From IMG/VR virus record IMGVR_UViG_3300031963_000196, positions 1 through 54,397 of that record: a stretch of 54,397 nucleotides of DNA; one strand, written 5' to 3'. The notes beneath the pieces are model-generated. The model did not search any database. It was not told where the DNA came from and saw only the letters and a program-made list of their open reading frames with translations. This stretch comes from a virus (taxonomy: Duplodnaviria > Caudoviricetes). A program made the translations under genes and the position numbers. Numbering within the stretch: position 1 is the first letter of the stretch; every line of letters begins with the position of its first letter. Below are positions 1 to 8,624 of this stretch, one piece after another.

Positions 1-320
1 CCGGGATCTGCAACAGCAAGTAGTTGTTCTAACCAACTATCAAGTACTTTATGTTCTCCATTAAGTAACAAATGAAATGAAAAATCGCTGTAGAATTTAC
101 ATTCTGCATTAAACTTTGGGAAACTTTCGCCGGGCACTATATCACCCTTAAAGCTACGAATTTGACCCTCATGCAAAATTTGTGTGCGATTTTGGTTCTT
201 GCCTCCTATGTAAGCACCAGAGCCAGGCGCACGAATAAAACTTTCTCCGTACACATCGCTGAGATATTTAGCTATCTCTCGCTCAAATCCTGATCCTTTT
301 GCTTTTTGTGGTGAAGGCAT
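1..320 (-). CDS. Holliday junction resolvase, Hjc/PD-(D/E)xK type (partial; runs off left edge)
   Basis: Not in ORF track; my translation from ATG at 320: MPSPQKAKGSGFEREIAKYLS...RAPGSGA...GDIVP...NAECKFY, matching Hjc motifs KG..FERE, R...SG, D, ExK. Confidence 0.8.
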   Translation of the reverse strand, partial: MPSPQKAKGSGFEREIAKYLSDVYGESFIRAPGSGAYIGGKNQNRTQILHEGQIRSFKGDIVPGESFPKFNAECKFYSDFSFHLLLNGEHKVLDSWLEQLLAVADP

Positions 321-325
321 GTGTT

Positions 326-333
326 TACTTATC
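326..333 (-). promoter_or_regulatory. Putative late promoter variant GATAAGTA
   Basis: One mismatch from the GATAAATA motif seen before structural genes; 5 nt upstream of resolvase ATG. Confidence 0.45.
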
Positions 334-336
334 ATA

Positions 337-825
337 TCAATCGTCTTGTAGATTTTTTAATTGTTCAATAGTGTCTTTGAATGACTTATGATGTATTCCA
401 ATACCACCAGCACTACGCCATTCTTCTATATTACTAGTTCTATCATCAATTAATATATCTCCTATCACACAATGAACATGTTTATCTTTACTGAATGGTC
501 CAAAGTGTACAGGTATATTGGGAAAATGCTTATGTGCCCACATTACTTTATCGTAAAATGCCCAATGCACATCGTTGTTTTTTGGTACTGCAGTTAAAAA
601 TATTAAGTTATATTTGTTCCATGCGAACTCTCTGCAGAATTCAATAAGTTCATCTGCATAGGATGTTTTATCTAAATCTCTATACAATCTTTCATTGTCA
701 CGTAACTTAACCCATTTCTCATCGGGGTAGATACCTTCACTGGGAGGCGCACGTAATACGTCATACGCATATTTGTTAAAGTCTGCTACGACCCCATCCA
801 TGTCTATATATAATGTTGATTTCAT
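337..825 (-). CDS. HAD-family 5'(3')-deoxyribonucleotidase (NT5C-like)
   Basis: LYIDMDGVVADF (DxD motif I), FLTA (motif II), K, ILIDDR (motif IV), NIEEWRSAGGIGI. Confidence 0.85.
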   Translation of the reverse strand: MKSTLYIDMDGVVADFNKYAYDVLRAPPSEGIYPDEKWVKLRDNERLYRDLDKTSYADELIEFCREFAWNKYNLIFLTAVPKNNDVHWAFYDKVMWAHKHFPNIPVHFGPFSKDKHVHCVIGDILIDDRTSNIEEWRSAGGIGIHHKSFKDTIEQLKNLQDD

Positions 826-2582
826 TCCACGTCCACTGCTGTGTTATAACTTGTAAATCCGTTTTCTTTAATAACTTTTAATACGCTAGGTACTCTTCCC
901 GCTAGTTCTTCTCTGTGTGATACAAGCCAAATAGATTTTTGCCTACGACGGCTCATATCTTTAAGAATAGCAATACTATTCTCAACTCCCATAGTATCAA
1001 GTCCACTATCAATCAATTCGTCAATAAACAATGTGTTAATTGGGACATATAAGTTTTCCCAAACATCACGAAAAGCGAAACTTAACCCTAATATCAATCT
1101 ATTACGTTCACCACGTGATAAATTGTCAAAGTCTAACTCACGACCTAGTTCTGTTATTTCTACACTTAAATCATTTAAAAATATTACTTGATGTGGTAAA
1201 CCAATTTTGTCAAGATAATGTGTTAACCTTGCATTTAGATAACTTAAATTTTGATCAATAATCTTTTTACGAACAAAACTATCTTTACTAGTTAATAAAT
1301 CAAGTAAAAACTTTTGATGTTCCATTATTCTAGTAAGTACATTAATATTATTAAAATCAATAGTTTGCAAAGCTTGATTTTCCATATCAGTAATTTGTTC
1401 TAAATAAGGATCAGTTTCTTCTGCTTTTTTTCTAATGTATTCTTCTAAGCTGGTCATCTTATTAGCGTGTTCAAATGCTAGTTGTTCTGTATCATAAAAA
1501 CATTTAGGCATTATACCTATCTCACCCAAATCAGTTATTTGATTACTCAGTGTTTCAATTTCACCTGATGTTGTAAGAACCTGTAGTGCCGCCTCTTGAA
1601 GTGCTTTTTCTTTACTTGCTAAAACTTCTATATGTTTTTCATCATGCATAGTCTGACCACATGCGTAACATTCGTGCTTTTGTAATTTTTCAACTTCTAA
1701 TTTTAATTTTTCTAATTGTTTTGTTTCTTTAGTAAGGTCAAGTTCAGCACTTGTTAACCATTTTTGTAATTCTGTTTTTTCTTTAACTTTATTATTATAT
1801 GCCGCTAAGTCTTTGTGTGCCTGTAATTCAGCAACAATGTCTACGTTATGAAGCTCTAGCCATTGATTCATCAGCGATTCTGTATCTGCTTCATGTTTTT
1901 GCTTCCAAAGAGTTTGTCTACGTTTAAGTGCATCAATCTGTTCTTTTACTCTTTTGTTTGCCTCTTCAATAGCTTTGATTTTAAATTCTTCTTGCTGAAT
2001 GTTATCTTTTGAATCTTTGATTAACTGTTTTATTGATTCTGCTTTTTCACTGAGTAATGTAATGCCAAGCAATTGTTCAATAATGTTACGTTGATCATTT
2101 GCTTTCATAGCAAGAAAAGGTTCACTATATGTGTTTAAGGCAACAATGTGCTTAAACATATCTAGGCTCATGTGAATTACTTTTTCAATCGCTATTTGTG
2201 TTTCTTTATTCTCACCTTGTGCGTCATCTTTTGAAATTTGTTCATTGTTTGTATAAAAACGTAGTAGATTTGGCTTACGACCACGTTCAATTTTATAGTC
2301 AATACCATTCACAGAGAACTCTAGAGTAACCAACATACCCTTACCGTTTGTTCTGTTTACTAAATTATCTTTGCGAATGTTATTGATTGGACTGCCGAAC
2401 AATGCGTAACAAAGTCCTTGAATAAGTGTAGTTTTACCTGTGCCGTTACGAGCACCGTCCCCACCTAAGTCTAAATTCTCACCCAATATAAGAGTGAGGT
2501 CTGTGCGATCAAAATTAACAGCCTGTGTTACAGCACCTATGCTTAGAAAGTTACGTAATGTTATATTTTTTAATTGAATCAT
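822..2582 (-). CDS. gp46: Recombination endonuclease ATPase subunit, T4 gp46 / SbcC / Rad50-like
   Basis: Walker A NGTGKT, coiled coil with CYAC zinc hook, signature LSRGE, Walker B LFIDE, H-loop VSH. Confidence 0.95.
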   Translation of the reverse strand: MIQLKNITLRNFLSIGAVTQAVNFDRTDLTLILGENLDLGGDGARNGTGKTTLIQGLCYALFGSPINNIRKDNLVNRTNGKGMLVTLEFSVNGIDYKIERGRKPNLLRFYTNNEQISKDDAQGENKETQIAIEKVIHMSLDMFKHIVALNTYSEPFLAMKANDQRNIIEQLLGITLLSEKAESIKQLIKDSKDNIQQEEFKIKAIEEANKRVKEQIDALKRRQTLWKQKHEADTESLMNQWLELHNVDIVAELQAHKDLAAYNNKVKEKTELQKWLTSAELDLTKETKQLEKLKLEVEKLQKHECYACGQTMHDEKHIEVLASKEKALQEAALQVLTTSGEIETLSNQITDLGEIGIMPKCFYDTEQLAFEHANKMTSLEEYIRKKAEETDPYLEQITDMENQALQTIDFNNINVLTRIMEHQKFLLDLLTSKDSFVRKKIIDQNLSYLNARLTHYLDKIGLPHQVIFLNDLSVEITELGRELDFDNLSRGERNRLILGLSFAFRDVWENLYVPINTLFIDELIDSGLDTMGVENSIAILKDMSRRRQKSIWLVSHREELAGRVPSVLKVIKENGFTSYNTAVDVE

Positions 2583-3595
2583 ATGTTTCTATAAATCTCC
2601 AACAACAATTTTTTATCGTAAAAGTCGCTCTCTATCGCACCAATTTGATCTAGCACGATTTGATCAACAGATTCAAATTTTAATTCTCCTGCATTGATAT
2701 CATTTGATACTTGATCTAATTTCATAGGTATGAGTGCCATTTCACGCAGTTTATGTTCTGGAATCAATGTTTCACGAATAAAATTAGCTTCTTCATAACT
2801 GATATCAATATCTAAATGAACTCTAACATGACTGTCTTTTATAAGCAAGCCCGCAGGATTTTCTAATATGTCACTTAGTTTATGGACACGATATTTAGGT
2901 TGATCAGGCCAACTATGAAACTCAGGCTCTCCACCGTATGGTAGAATCATCATACCACGTGCATCATCACCTGCATCTGCATAGTTATGCGGGAAAGCAT
3001 TGCCGATATACCAAACATTATTACGTGCTTGACGTTTATGAAAATGTCCAGTAAAAACTTTTTCAAATCCGACCATATGTTGATCGTTGAGTTCACCATG
3101 ATCAGGCATTTCAACCATAGCATTCATATAGAAACGAGGTAATTCAAAATGTCCGAATAAATATTTGCCACCTAACTTCTGTAATCGTTTCCAATCTTCT
3201 TGGACTAACCAAGGAGCAATAACAACATCTTTTGTTATGTACCAGTCGTTGATTATTTCAACATTTGGTAAATGCTTAGCCCATTCAACACTGTGAATAT
3301 CCCTGCGATCACGATAATAAAGATCATGATTGCCTGGAATAAAATATACTTTATCAAAGTTATCATTTAGTTTTTCTAGTGCCCTAAGACCATATTGCAT
3401 GGTATGAATGTTAATACTAGCACGATGATGGTTATAATCTCCCAAGAAGAAACAAGTCTCACACCCTTCTTTCTTTGCTTGAGAGATAAACCAATCTACA
3501 AACTTTTCACAATCTTGATTGTGTTGTAAACTATTTGACTTTAAACCAAAATGTATATCTGTGAATACTGCTGCCTTCTTGAATAAATTTGTCAT
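2579..3595 (-). CDS. gp47: Recombination endonuclease nuclease subunit, T4 gp47 / SbcD / Mre11-like
   Basis: Metallophosphoesterase motifs DIH, GD, GNHD, GHF, GHFH; 4-nt overlap with gp46. Confidence 0.95.
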   Translation of the reverse strand: MTNLFKKAAVFTDIHFGLKSNSLQHNQDCEKFVDWFISQAKKEGCETCFFLGDYNHHRASINIHTMQYGLRALEKLNDNFDKVYFIPGNHDLYYRDRRDIHSVEWAKHLPNVEIINDWYITKDVVIAPWLVQEDWKRLQKLGGKYLFGHFELPRFYMNAMVEMPDHGELNDQHMVGFEKVFTGHFHKRQARNNVWYIGNAFPHNYADAGDDARGMMILPYGGEPEFHSWPDQPKYRVHKLSDILENPAGLLIKDSHVRVHLDIDISYEEANFIRETLIPEHKLREMALIPMKLDQVSNDINAGELKFESVDQIVLDQIGAIESDFYDKKLLLEIYRNI

Positions 3596-3601
3596 AGGTT
3601 A

Positions 3602-3630
3602 AGTATAGCAATTTATGTAAGACTTTTCAA
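3602..3630 (-). promoter_or_regulatory. Sigma70-type promoter for gp47-gp46 operon
   Basis: TTGAAA-N17-TATACT immediately upstream of gp47 ATG. Confidence 0.6.
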
Positions 3631-3639
3631 TGCATATGG

Positions 3640-4536
3640 TTATTCTTCGTATGTTGAAAAGCCTTCACTACTTTGGCGACTCCAACTTGGATTCAATCCA
3701 TTTATTTCTAAGATATCGTCACGTATATTTTGATTTCTCTTTTCGGAATTCAATACACGACAGAAACTATTTGTTATTGCTGCGGTGTAGTATGCAAATG
3801 GATTTTGACTTTTGGCTTCGTTAAATCGTAATCCAACATAGGTCAATTGTAAAATTGCGCTGTTACGCATCTCATCATTATATGTGTACCCACGCCAGTT
3901 AAACTTCATTGCGTATTTTTCACACAACATAATATACATTCTTGCTAGTTTATTAGTTATGTTTCCTTGGTCTTTGTCAAAAGACCCGGTTGTCAAGTCT
4001 CCGCTCCAGTGGCTCTTCCCAATGCAATGAAACGATTTATTCTCATCCATACGAAAATGCTGGAACGGTGGAAAATTTACACGCACGTGAACCATATCAT
4101 CCACTTCATCTTTTGTCGTTGGATCGTCTAGATCCACAAAAACATCTTCTGTTGTATCTTCAAATTCAAAAATATCTTTTGCTGACTTCTTCTTTTCAAC
4201 TTTTCTAGGCTGCTTTGGTGCTACGGGTATATGATCCCATGTCATCACCCTGAATACTAAATCAGAAGTAGGGACCTTTTTTGGATTTACAGTCTCACCG
4301 GTTTCTATACTAAGTCTAGCTGCCCTAGTTTCTTTTGCTTCTTTTATAATTTTAGGTTTTGAAGCATATTTAAGACTTTCCTCAATGCTAGCGTGTGGCA
4401 TATCTACTATAAAATCATATCTATGATCACTATTTTTGTCTAGATAAGTGCAATATGTGTTTTTACTTGCATGTATTTCTTTGAGAATGTCTTTATTGTT
4501 TAGGTAATTTACTGGTTTTTTAGGTGTTATTGTCAT
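3640..4536 (-). CDS. gp55: Late transcription sigma factor, T4 gp55-like
   Basis: N-terminal NYLNNKDILKEI and NWRGYTYNDEM...FNEAKSQNPFAYYT resemble gp55; canonical gp55-gp47-gp46 gene order. Confidence 0.88.
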   Translation of the reverse strand: MTITPKKPVNYLNNKDILKEIHASKNTYCTYLDKNSDHRYDFIVDMPHASIEESLKYASKPKIIKEAKETRAARLSIETGETVNPKKVPTSDLVFRVMTWDHIPVAPKQPRKVEKKKSAKDIFEFEDTTEDVFVDLDDPTTKDEVDDMVHVRVNFPPFQHFRMDENKSFHCIGKSHWSGDLTTGSFDKDQGNITNKLARMYIMLCEKYAMKFNWRGYTYNDEMRNSAILQLTYVGLRFNEAKSQNPFAYYTAAITNSFCRVLNSEKRNQNIRDDILEINGLNPSWSRQSSEGFSTYEE

Positions 4537-4560
4537 AAGTTAGATTAATAAGTTATCACT

Positions 4561-4590
4561 ATAGTAACATCAAAAGTGATAGAAATGCAA
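4561..4590 (-). promoter_or_regulatory. Sigma70-type promoter for gp55
   Basis: TTGCAT-N18-TACTAT upstream of gp55 ATG. Confidence 0.5.
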
Positions 4591-4632
4591 GTTTTTTTGA
4601 GAGAAAAGGTAAAAAACGTCATATTATTTAGC

Positions 4633-4640
4633 GATAAATA
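4633..4640 (+). promoter_or_regulatory. Late promoter GATAAATA
   Basis: T4 TATAAATA-like octamer at start of structural operon; identical copies at 12019, 31269, 32050. Confidence 0.7.
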
Positions 4641-4661
4641 TGTAAATAACAGGAAACAACT

Positions 4662-5942
4662 ATGGCATTTGTAAATGGATTTGACCCAGATAAAGCACAG
4701 GCTTATAACGAATTACGCCAATCCAGCCCCAATTTAAGTCAGGCGCAACTCTTTAATCAAGCAGGGATATCTAGTTTAGAACAAGGATATTATCAACCGT
4801 CTCCAATTGGATTTTTAATTCAAAATCCTAACCCAACAAATGTTAATACCACACTTTTTGCTCCATCCGGTACATTAGTAACTGCTGCAAACTTTCCCGT
4901 ACCTGCCCCTTTAAGAACAGTCGGTGATGAACCAGTTAATAATGAAAGCAGCGGATATGATTTCCAATCACAAGCACAACGAACAGTAACCGACGAACCA
5001 GTTAATGAATTTGCTAGACCATTAAATCTAAACCCAGCTCAGCTTGATCAACCAGCTGCAGGAGTAGATTTAGGTGGACTACGTACAACACAAGAGCAAT
5101 CAGTACAAAGGCAGCAAGCGCAATTTTTAGCACAACAAGATTGGAGATTCAGAATAAGTTTAGCCCCTGGTTCAACGTATCTTTACAATGATCCTGAAGC
5201 GAGAGAAAGTGTTGGACACATACTAAATCCTTTATTTGTAACTCAGGGAGTTGTATTTCCTTATGTACCGCAAGTTTCTGTGTCATACAGTGCAAACTAC
5301 GAACCAACAGATTTGGCGCACACTAATTATAGAATTTACCAATATAAAAATAGTAATGTAGGTGATATTAGTATATCAGCAGACTTTACTGCACAAGATA
5401 CACATGAAGCAAATTACTTACTCGCAGTAATACATTTTTTTAAATCAGTAACTAAAATGTTTTATGGTGGAGATTTAAACCCTATTAGGGGAACTCCTCC
5501 GCCTTTGTGCTATCTTTCGGGCTTTGGGCAATATCAATTTAACTACCATCCGGTTGCAATTACTTCCTTTAATTATAGTTTACCAAATGATGTTGATTAC
5601 ATCAAAGCAGGAGTTATAGCCAATATGGGAGGACAAAATATAAAGGAACAAACTAATACACCTAAAAATATATCAGGTGGTTCTTCTATAGGAACGTTAC
5701 TATCATCTTTCTTTAGGCTTAAAAATGCAGGACTCACACCCGGAGCAAGATCGTCAAGACCAGAATTTAATATAGCAGCAGTTTCTAATCCAACATATGT
5801 GCCAACCAAAATACAAATTCAATTAGGCTGTATTCCTATTATATCAAGATACGCTATGGCAAATGCATTTAGTCTTAAGGAATACGCTTCGGGTAGATTG
5901 TCAGTTGGAGCAGGCAAATCTAATATAGGAGGAATTTGGTAA
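4662..5942 (+). CDS. Baseplate tail-tube initiator/cap-like protein (gp48/gp54-like fold)
   Basis: FPYVPQVSVSYSANY, ISISADFTAQ, GTPPPLCYLSGFG..F..HPVAITSFNYSLP tube-fold motifs; directly precedes the gp53-like gene. Confidence 0.6.
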   Translation: MAFVNGFDPDKAQAYNELRQSSPNLSQAQLFNQAGISSLEQGYYQPSPIGFLIQNPNPTNVNTTLFAPSGTLVTAANFPVPAPLRTVGDEPVNNESSGYDFQSQAQRTVTDEPVNEFARPLNLNPAQLDQPAAGVDLGGLRTTQEQSVQRQQAQFLAQQDWRFRISLAPGSTYLYNDPEARESVGHILNPLFVTQGVVFPYVPQVSVSYSANYEPTDLAHTNYRIYQYKNSNVGDISISADFTAQDTHEANYLLAVIHFFKSVTKMFYGGDLNPIRGTPPPLCYLSGFGQYQFNYHPVAITSFNYSLPNDVDYIKAGVIANMGGQNIKEQTNTPKNISGGSSIGTLLSSFFRLKNAGLTPGARSSRPEFNIAAVSNPTYVPTKIQIQLGCIPIISRYAMANAFSLKEYASGRLSVGAGKSNIGGIW

Positions 5943-6241
5943 TGCTGTACCCGTCAACAAGTCCGTATCATTTAACAGACATTTATAACAATCAATTTTT
6001 AGATATAATGATTGATAGACCGTTACCTAAAAAAGCGGATGACGTATATTGGGAAATCACACCAACTTATAATTTGCGTCCTGATTTGTTAGCGTATGAC
6101 CTTTATGGTAATCCCTCACTTTGGTGGGTTTTCGCTCAACGAAATCCAAATAGATTACAGGATCCACTTTTTGATTTTATAACTGGAGTAGGTATTTATT
6201 TACCACAACAAGAAACTCTAACATCAGCATACGGTATATAA
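5942..6241 (+). CDS. gp53: Baseplate wedge protein, gp53-like (LysM-like)
   Basis: RPDLLAYDLYGNPSLWWVFAQRNP motif; start moved to ATG 5942 (TAATG overlap). Confidence 0.8.
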   Translation: MLYPSTSPYHLTDIYNNQFLDIMIDRPLPKKADDVYWEITPTYNLRPDLLAYDLYGNPSLWWVFAQRNPNRLQDPLFDFITGVGIYLPQQETLTSAYGI

Positions 6242-6242
6242 T

Positions 6243-8615
6243 ATGGCAGAACAAAATCAGGTACAAGATGATGGATATGTTACCGCAGGAGAAACAGTAG
6301 GAGCCAATCCTGTAACAGCAACCGCCGACGTAGGTCCCGATTATTTACTGGCATTATATAAAGGTAGACCAAAAAATCCTTTAAGTGAATTTGCAACCTT
6401 TACATATAAACTTATTTTGTACATGGTTACTGCAGAAGCATATATTAGATTCATTGAATCAGGCATGACGTACATAGGAACTAATGAAGGATTTTATACA
6501 GTCGCCGAATCAGGTGGCACACCTTATAAAAGTGAAGCTCCTAGAATTAACAAAAACGCTGAATACTTTATTGATGACCTTAGTTTTAAAACGGTTTGTA
6601 ACACAAAGGCAGCTGAGTCGGCTACCAACTCAATAAATTTTGAATTTAAAATTTATGAGCCAATGGGTTTTAGTTTTACAAGTGTATTGAAACAAAGAGC
6701 ATTAGAAGCTTCTTTAAACAGTGGTTTACCTGGAGTACAAGAAAACAAAGATAGCATAAAACAATTTTATGTCCTTTCTATAAGTTTCTTAGGATATGAT
6801 GATGCAGGTAATCCAATTAAAGAGGTAATACCCGGAGGTGAATCTGGTTTTTCTTCTAGACAAGGTTCAGGTGCAATAGGAGACAAAGTTGGTAGCAATG
6901 CTAGTTTCTTTCCGCTCGCAGTAACCGATTTTTCATTTAGACTTGATGGAAAAAGCACAGTCTATACAATGAAAGCAACTGTGTTGTCAGTTCAAGAAGC
7001 ATTTGGTGTAAAAAGAAATCTAATTCCTGAAGATAGACAAGTATCAGGTACTACTGTAGGTGAAGTTTTAATCGGTACTCAATCTGAATCAGATGATCCA
7101 AATGCTAAAGGCATTATTCAAATAATGAATGAAAGAGAGCAAAAGTTAGTTAAAAACGGAAACGCAAAGTATGCTAATACCTACAAAATTGTAATTGATG
7201 ATAAAATTAAATTTGCAAAGTTAAGCACTGAAGAACGTTACCTTAAAGAAAAAACTAGAATGGGCGTTAATACTAATAGTAGCCAAATTAGTGGTAAAGA
7301 CACTAAAAAAAATCTTACTTATAATCCAAATACAAGAACATTAGCAGTATCAGGTGGCATGACTATTACAAAATTTATTGACAATGTAATTTTACAAAGT
7401 GAGTATGTCGTAAAATCTCTAAATACAGTTTACACAGAAGATGGACTACTAGAAACTAAACCAAATCAAGGAGATACCGGTTCTATTATTCTTGACTGGT
7501 TTTCAATAAATCCAGTTGTTAAACCATTAGCATATGATTCAAAAAGAAATGATTATGTTTTTGATATTACATACTATGTTTCTCCTTATAAAATTCCATA
7601 TATAAAATCAACATTTATAGCACCGGAAAATAAATCAGATTATTATGGGCCTTACAAGGTTTACAATTATTATTTTACAGGTAACAACACCGAGGTGTTA
7701 AATTTTGAAACTAGCTATAATGCATTATATTTTCTACCAGGAGCATCAGATGATCAAAAACAGAAACCCAATGACGGTGTAGGGAATACACCTGTAGTTC
7801 CAGCAACAAAAAATGTTGGATCGGAAACATACCAAAGTAAAGCCGGTATTCCAGTTGGTTCTATAAAAACAAATTTATATAGCCCAGGTGATCAAATAAA
7901 AGCTAAGCTACAAATAATGGGTGATCCTGACTATCTCATGACGAGCATAGGAACTGCTAAAAATGCAAGCACACCTAGAGAAGCTGCATACAATGATAAT
8001 CTACAAATTAATCCTTTGGGAGGACAAATTTTTATTGAAATAAATTTCTATGAAGGATTGGATTATAACATTGATACTGGTTTGTTGAACATCAATAAAA
8101 ATATTACGTTTTACGATACTGATTCAACTCCTCAAAATTCACTGAATGGTGAGCAAAATGTTACCGGTTTAGTTTATATGGTTTTAAGTGCAACTAGTTC
8201 ACTAAGTAAAGGAAGATTTACACAAGATTTGGATTTGGTATTATTTAGTGATCCTAATGTTAAAACAAAAAGTGCAGTAGGTGTTCAAGGAAGAGAAACT
8301 ACTAACAGTCAAGCTGAACAATTAGGTACAAACATCTCTGGTTTTAGTAGCCAAGACTCTCCAACTAGTGTGTCAGCACAAACACAAGAAGTAACTGCCG
8401 CCCCTACATGGGAACAAACACAACAGTCGGTAGTTACAACTCTTACAAATAACTCAGCTACTCCCGAAGCATCTACTGTTGGAGCTAACGTTTCAGTTGC
8501 ATTTAATCAACAAGCAGCATTTTATAGTGCATCAGTGGTTGATGACGATTCAATACAATCAACTAATTTAGTGAATGAGTTTATTAGCACCAATCAAGAA
8601 GGAAGAGCAGTTTAA
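6243..8615 (+). CDS. Probable baseplate hub protein (gp27-like position)
   Basis: 790 aa between gp53-like and gp5-like genes; FEFKIYEPMG, AKLQIMGDPDY, GRFTQDLDL motifs. Confidence 0.55.
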   Translation: MAEQNQVQDDGYVTAGETVGANPVTATADVGPDYLLALYKGRPKNPLSEFATFTYKLILYMVTAEAYIRFIESGMTYIGTNEGFYTVAESGGTPYKSEAPRINKNAEYFIDDLSFKTVCNTKAAESATNSINFEFKIYEPMGFSFTSVLKQRALEASLNSGLPGVQENKDSIKQFYVLSISFLGYDDAGNPIKEVIPGGESGFSSRQGSGAIGDKVGSNASFFPLAVTDFSFRLDGKSTVYTMKATVLSVQEAFGVKRNLIPEDRQVSGTTVGEVLIGTQSESDDPNAKGIIQIMNEREQKLVKNGNAKYANTYKIVIDDKIKFAKLSTEERYLKEKTRMGVNTNSSQISGKDTKKNLTYNPNTRTLAVSGGMTITKFIDNVILQSEYVVKSLNTVYTEDGLLETKPNQGDTGSIILDWFSINPVVKPLAYDSKRNDYVFDITYYVSPYKIPYIKSTFIAPENKSDYYGPYKVYNYYFTGNNTEVLNFETSYNALYFLPGASDDQKQKPNDGVGNTPVVPATKNVGSETYQSKAGIPVGSIKTNLYSPGDQIKAKLQIMGDPDYLMTSIGTAKNASTPREAAYNDNLQINPLGGQIFIEINFYEGLDYNIDTGLLNINKNITFYDTDSTPQNSLNGEQNVTGLVYMVLSATSSLSKGRFTQDLDLVLFSDPNVKTKSAVGVQGRETTNSQAEQLGTNISGFSSQDSPTSVSAQTQEVTAAPTWEQTQQSVVTTLTNNSATPEASTVGANVSVAFNQQAAFYSASVVDDDSIQSTNLVNEFISTNQEGRAV

Positions 8616-8624
8616 AGGCACGCA

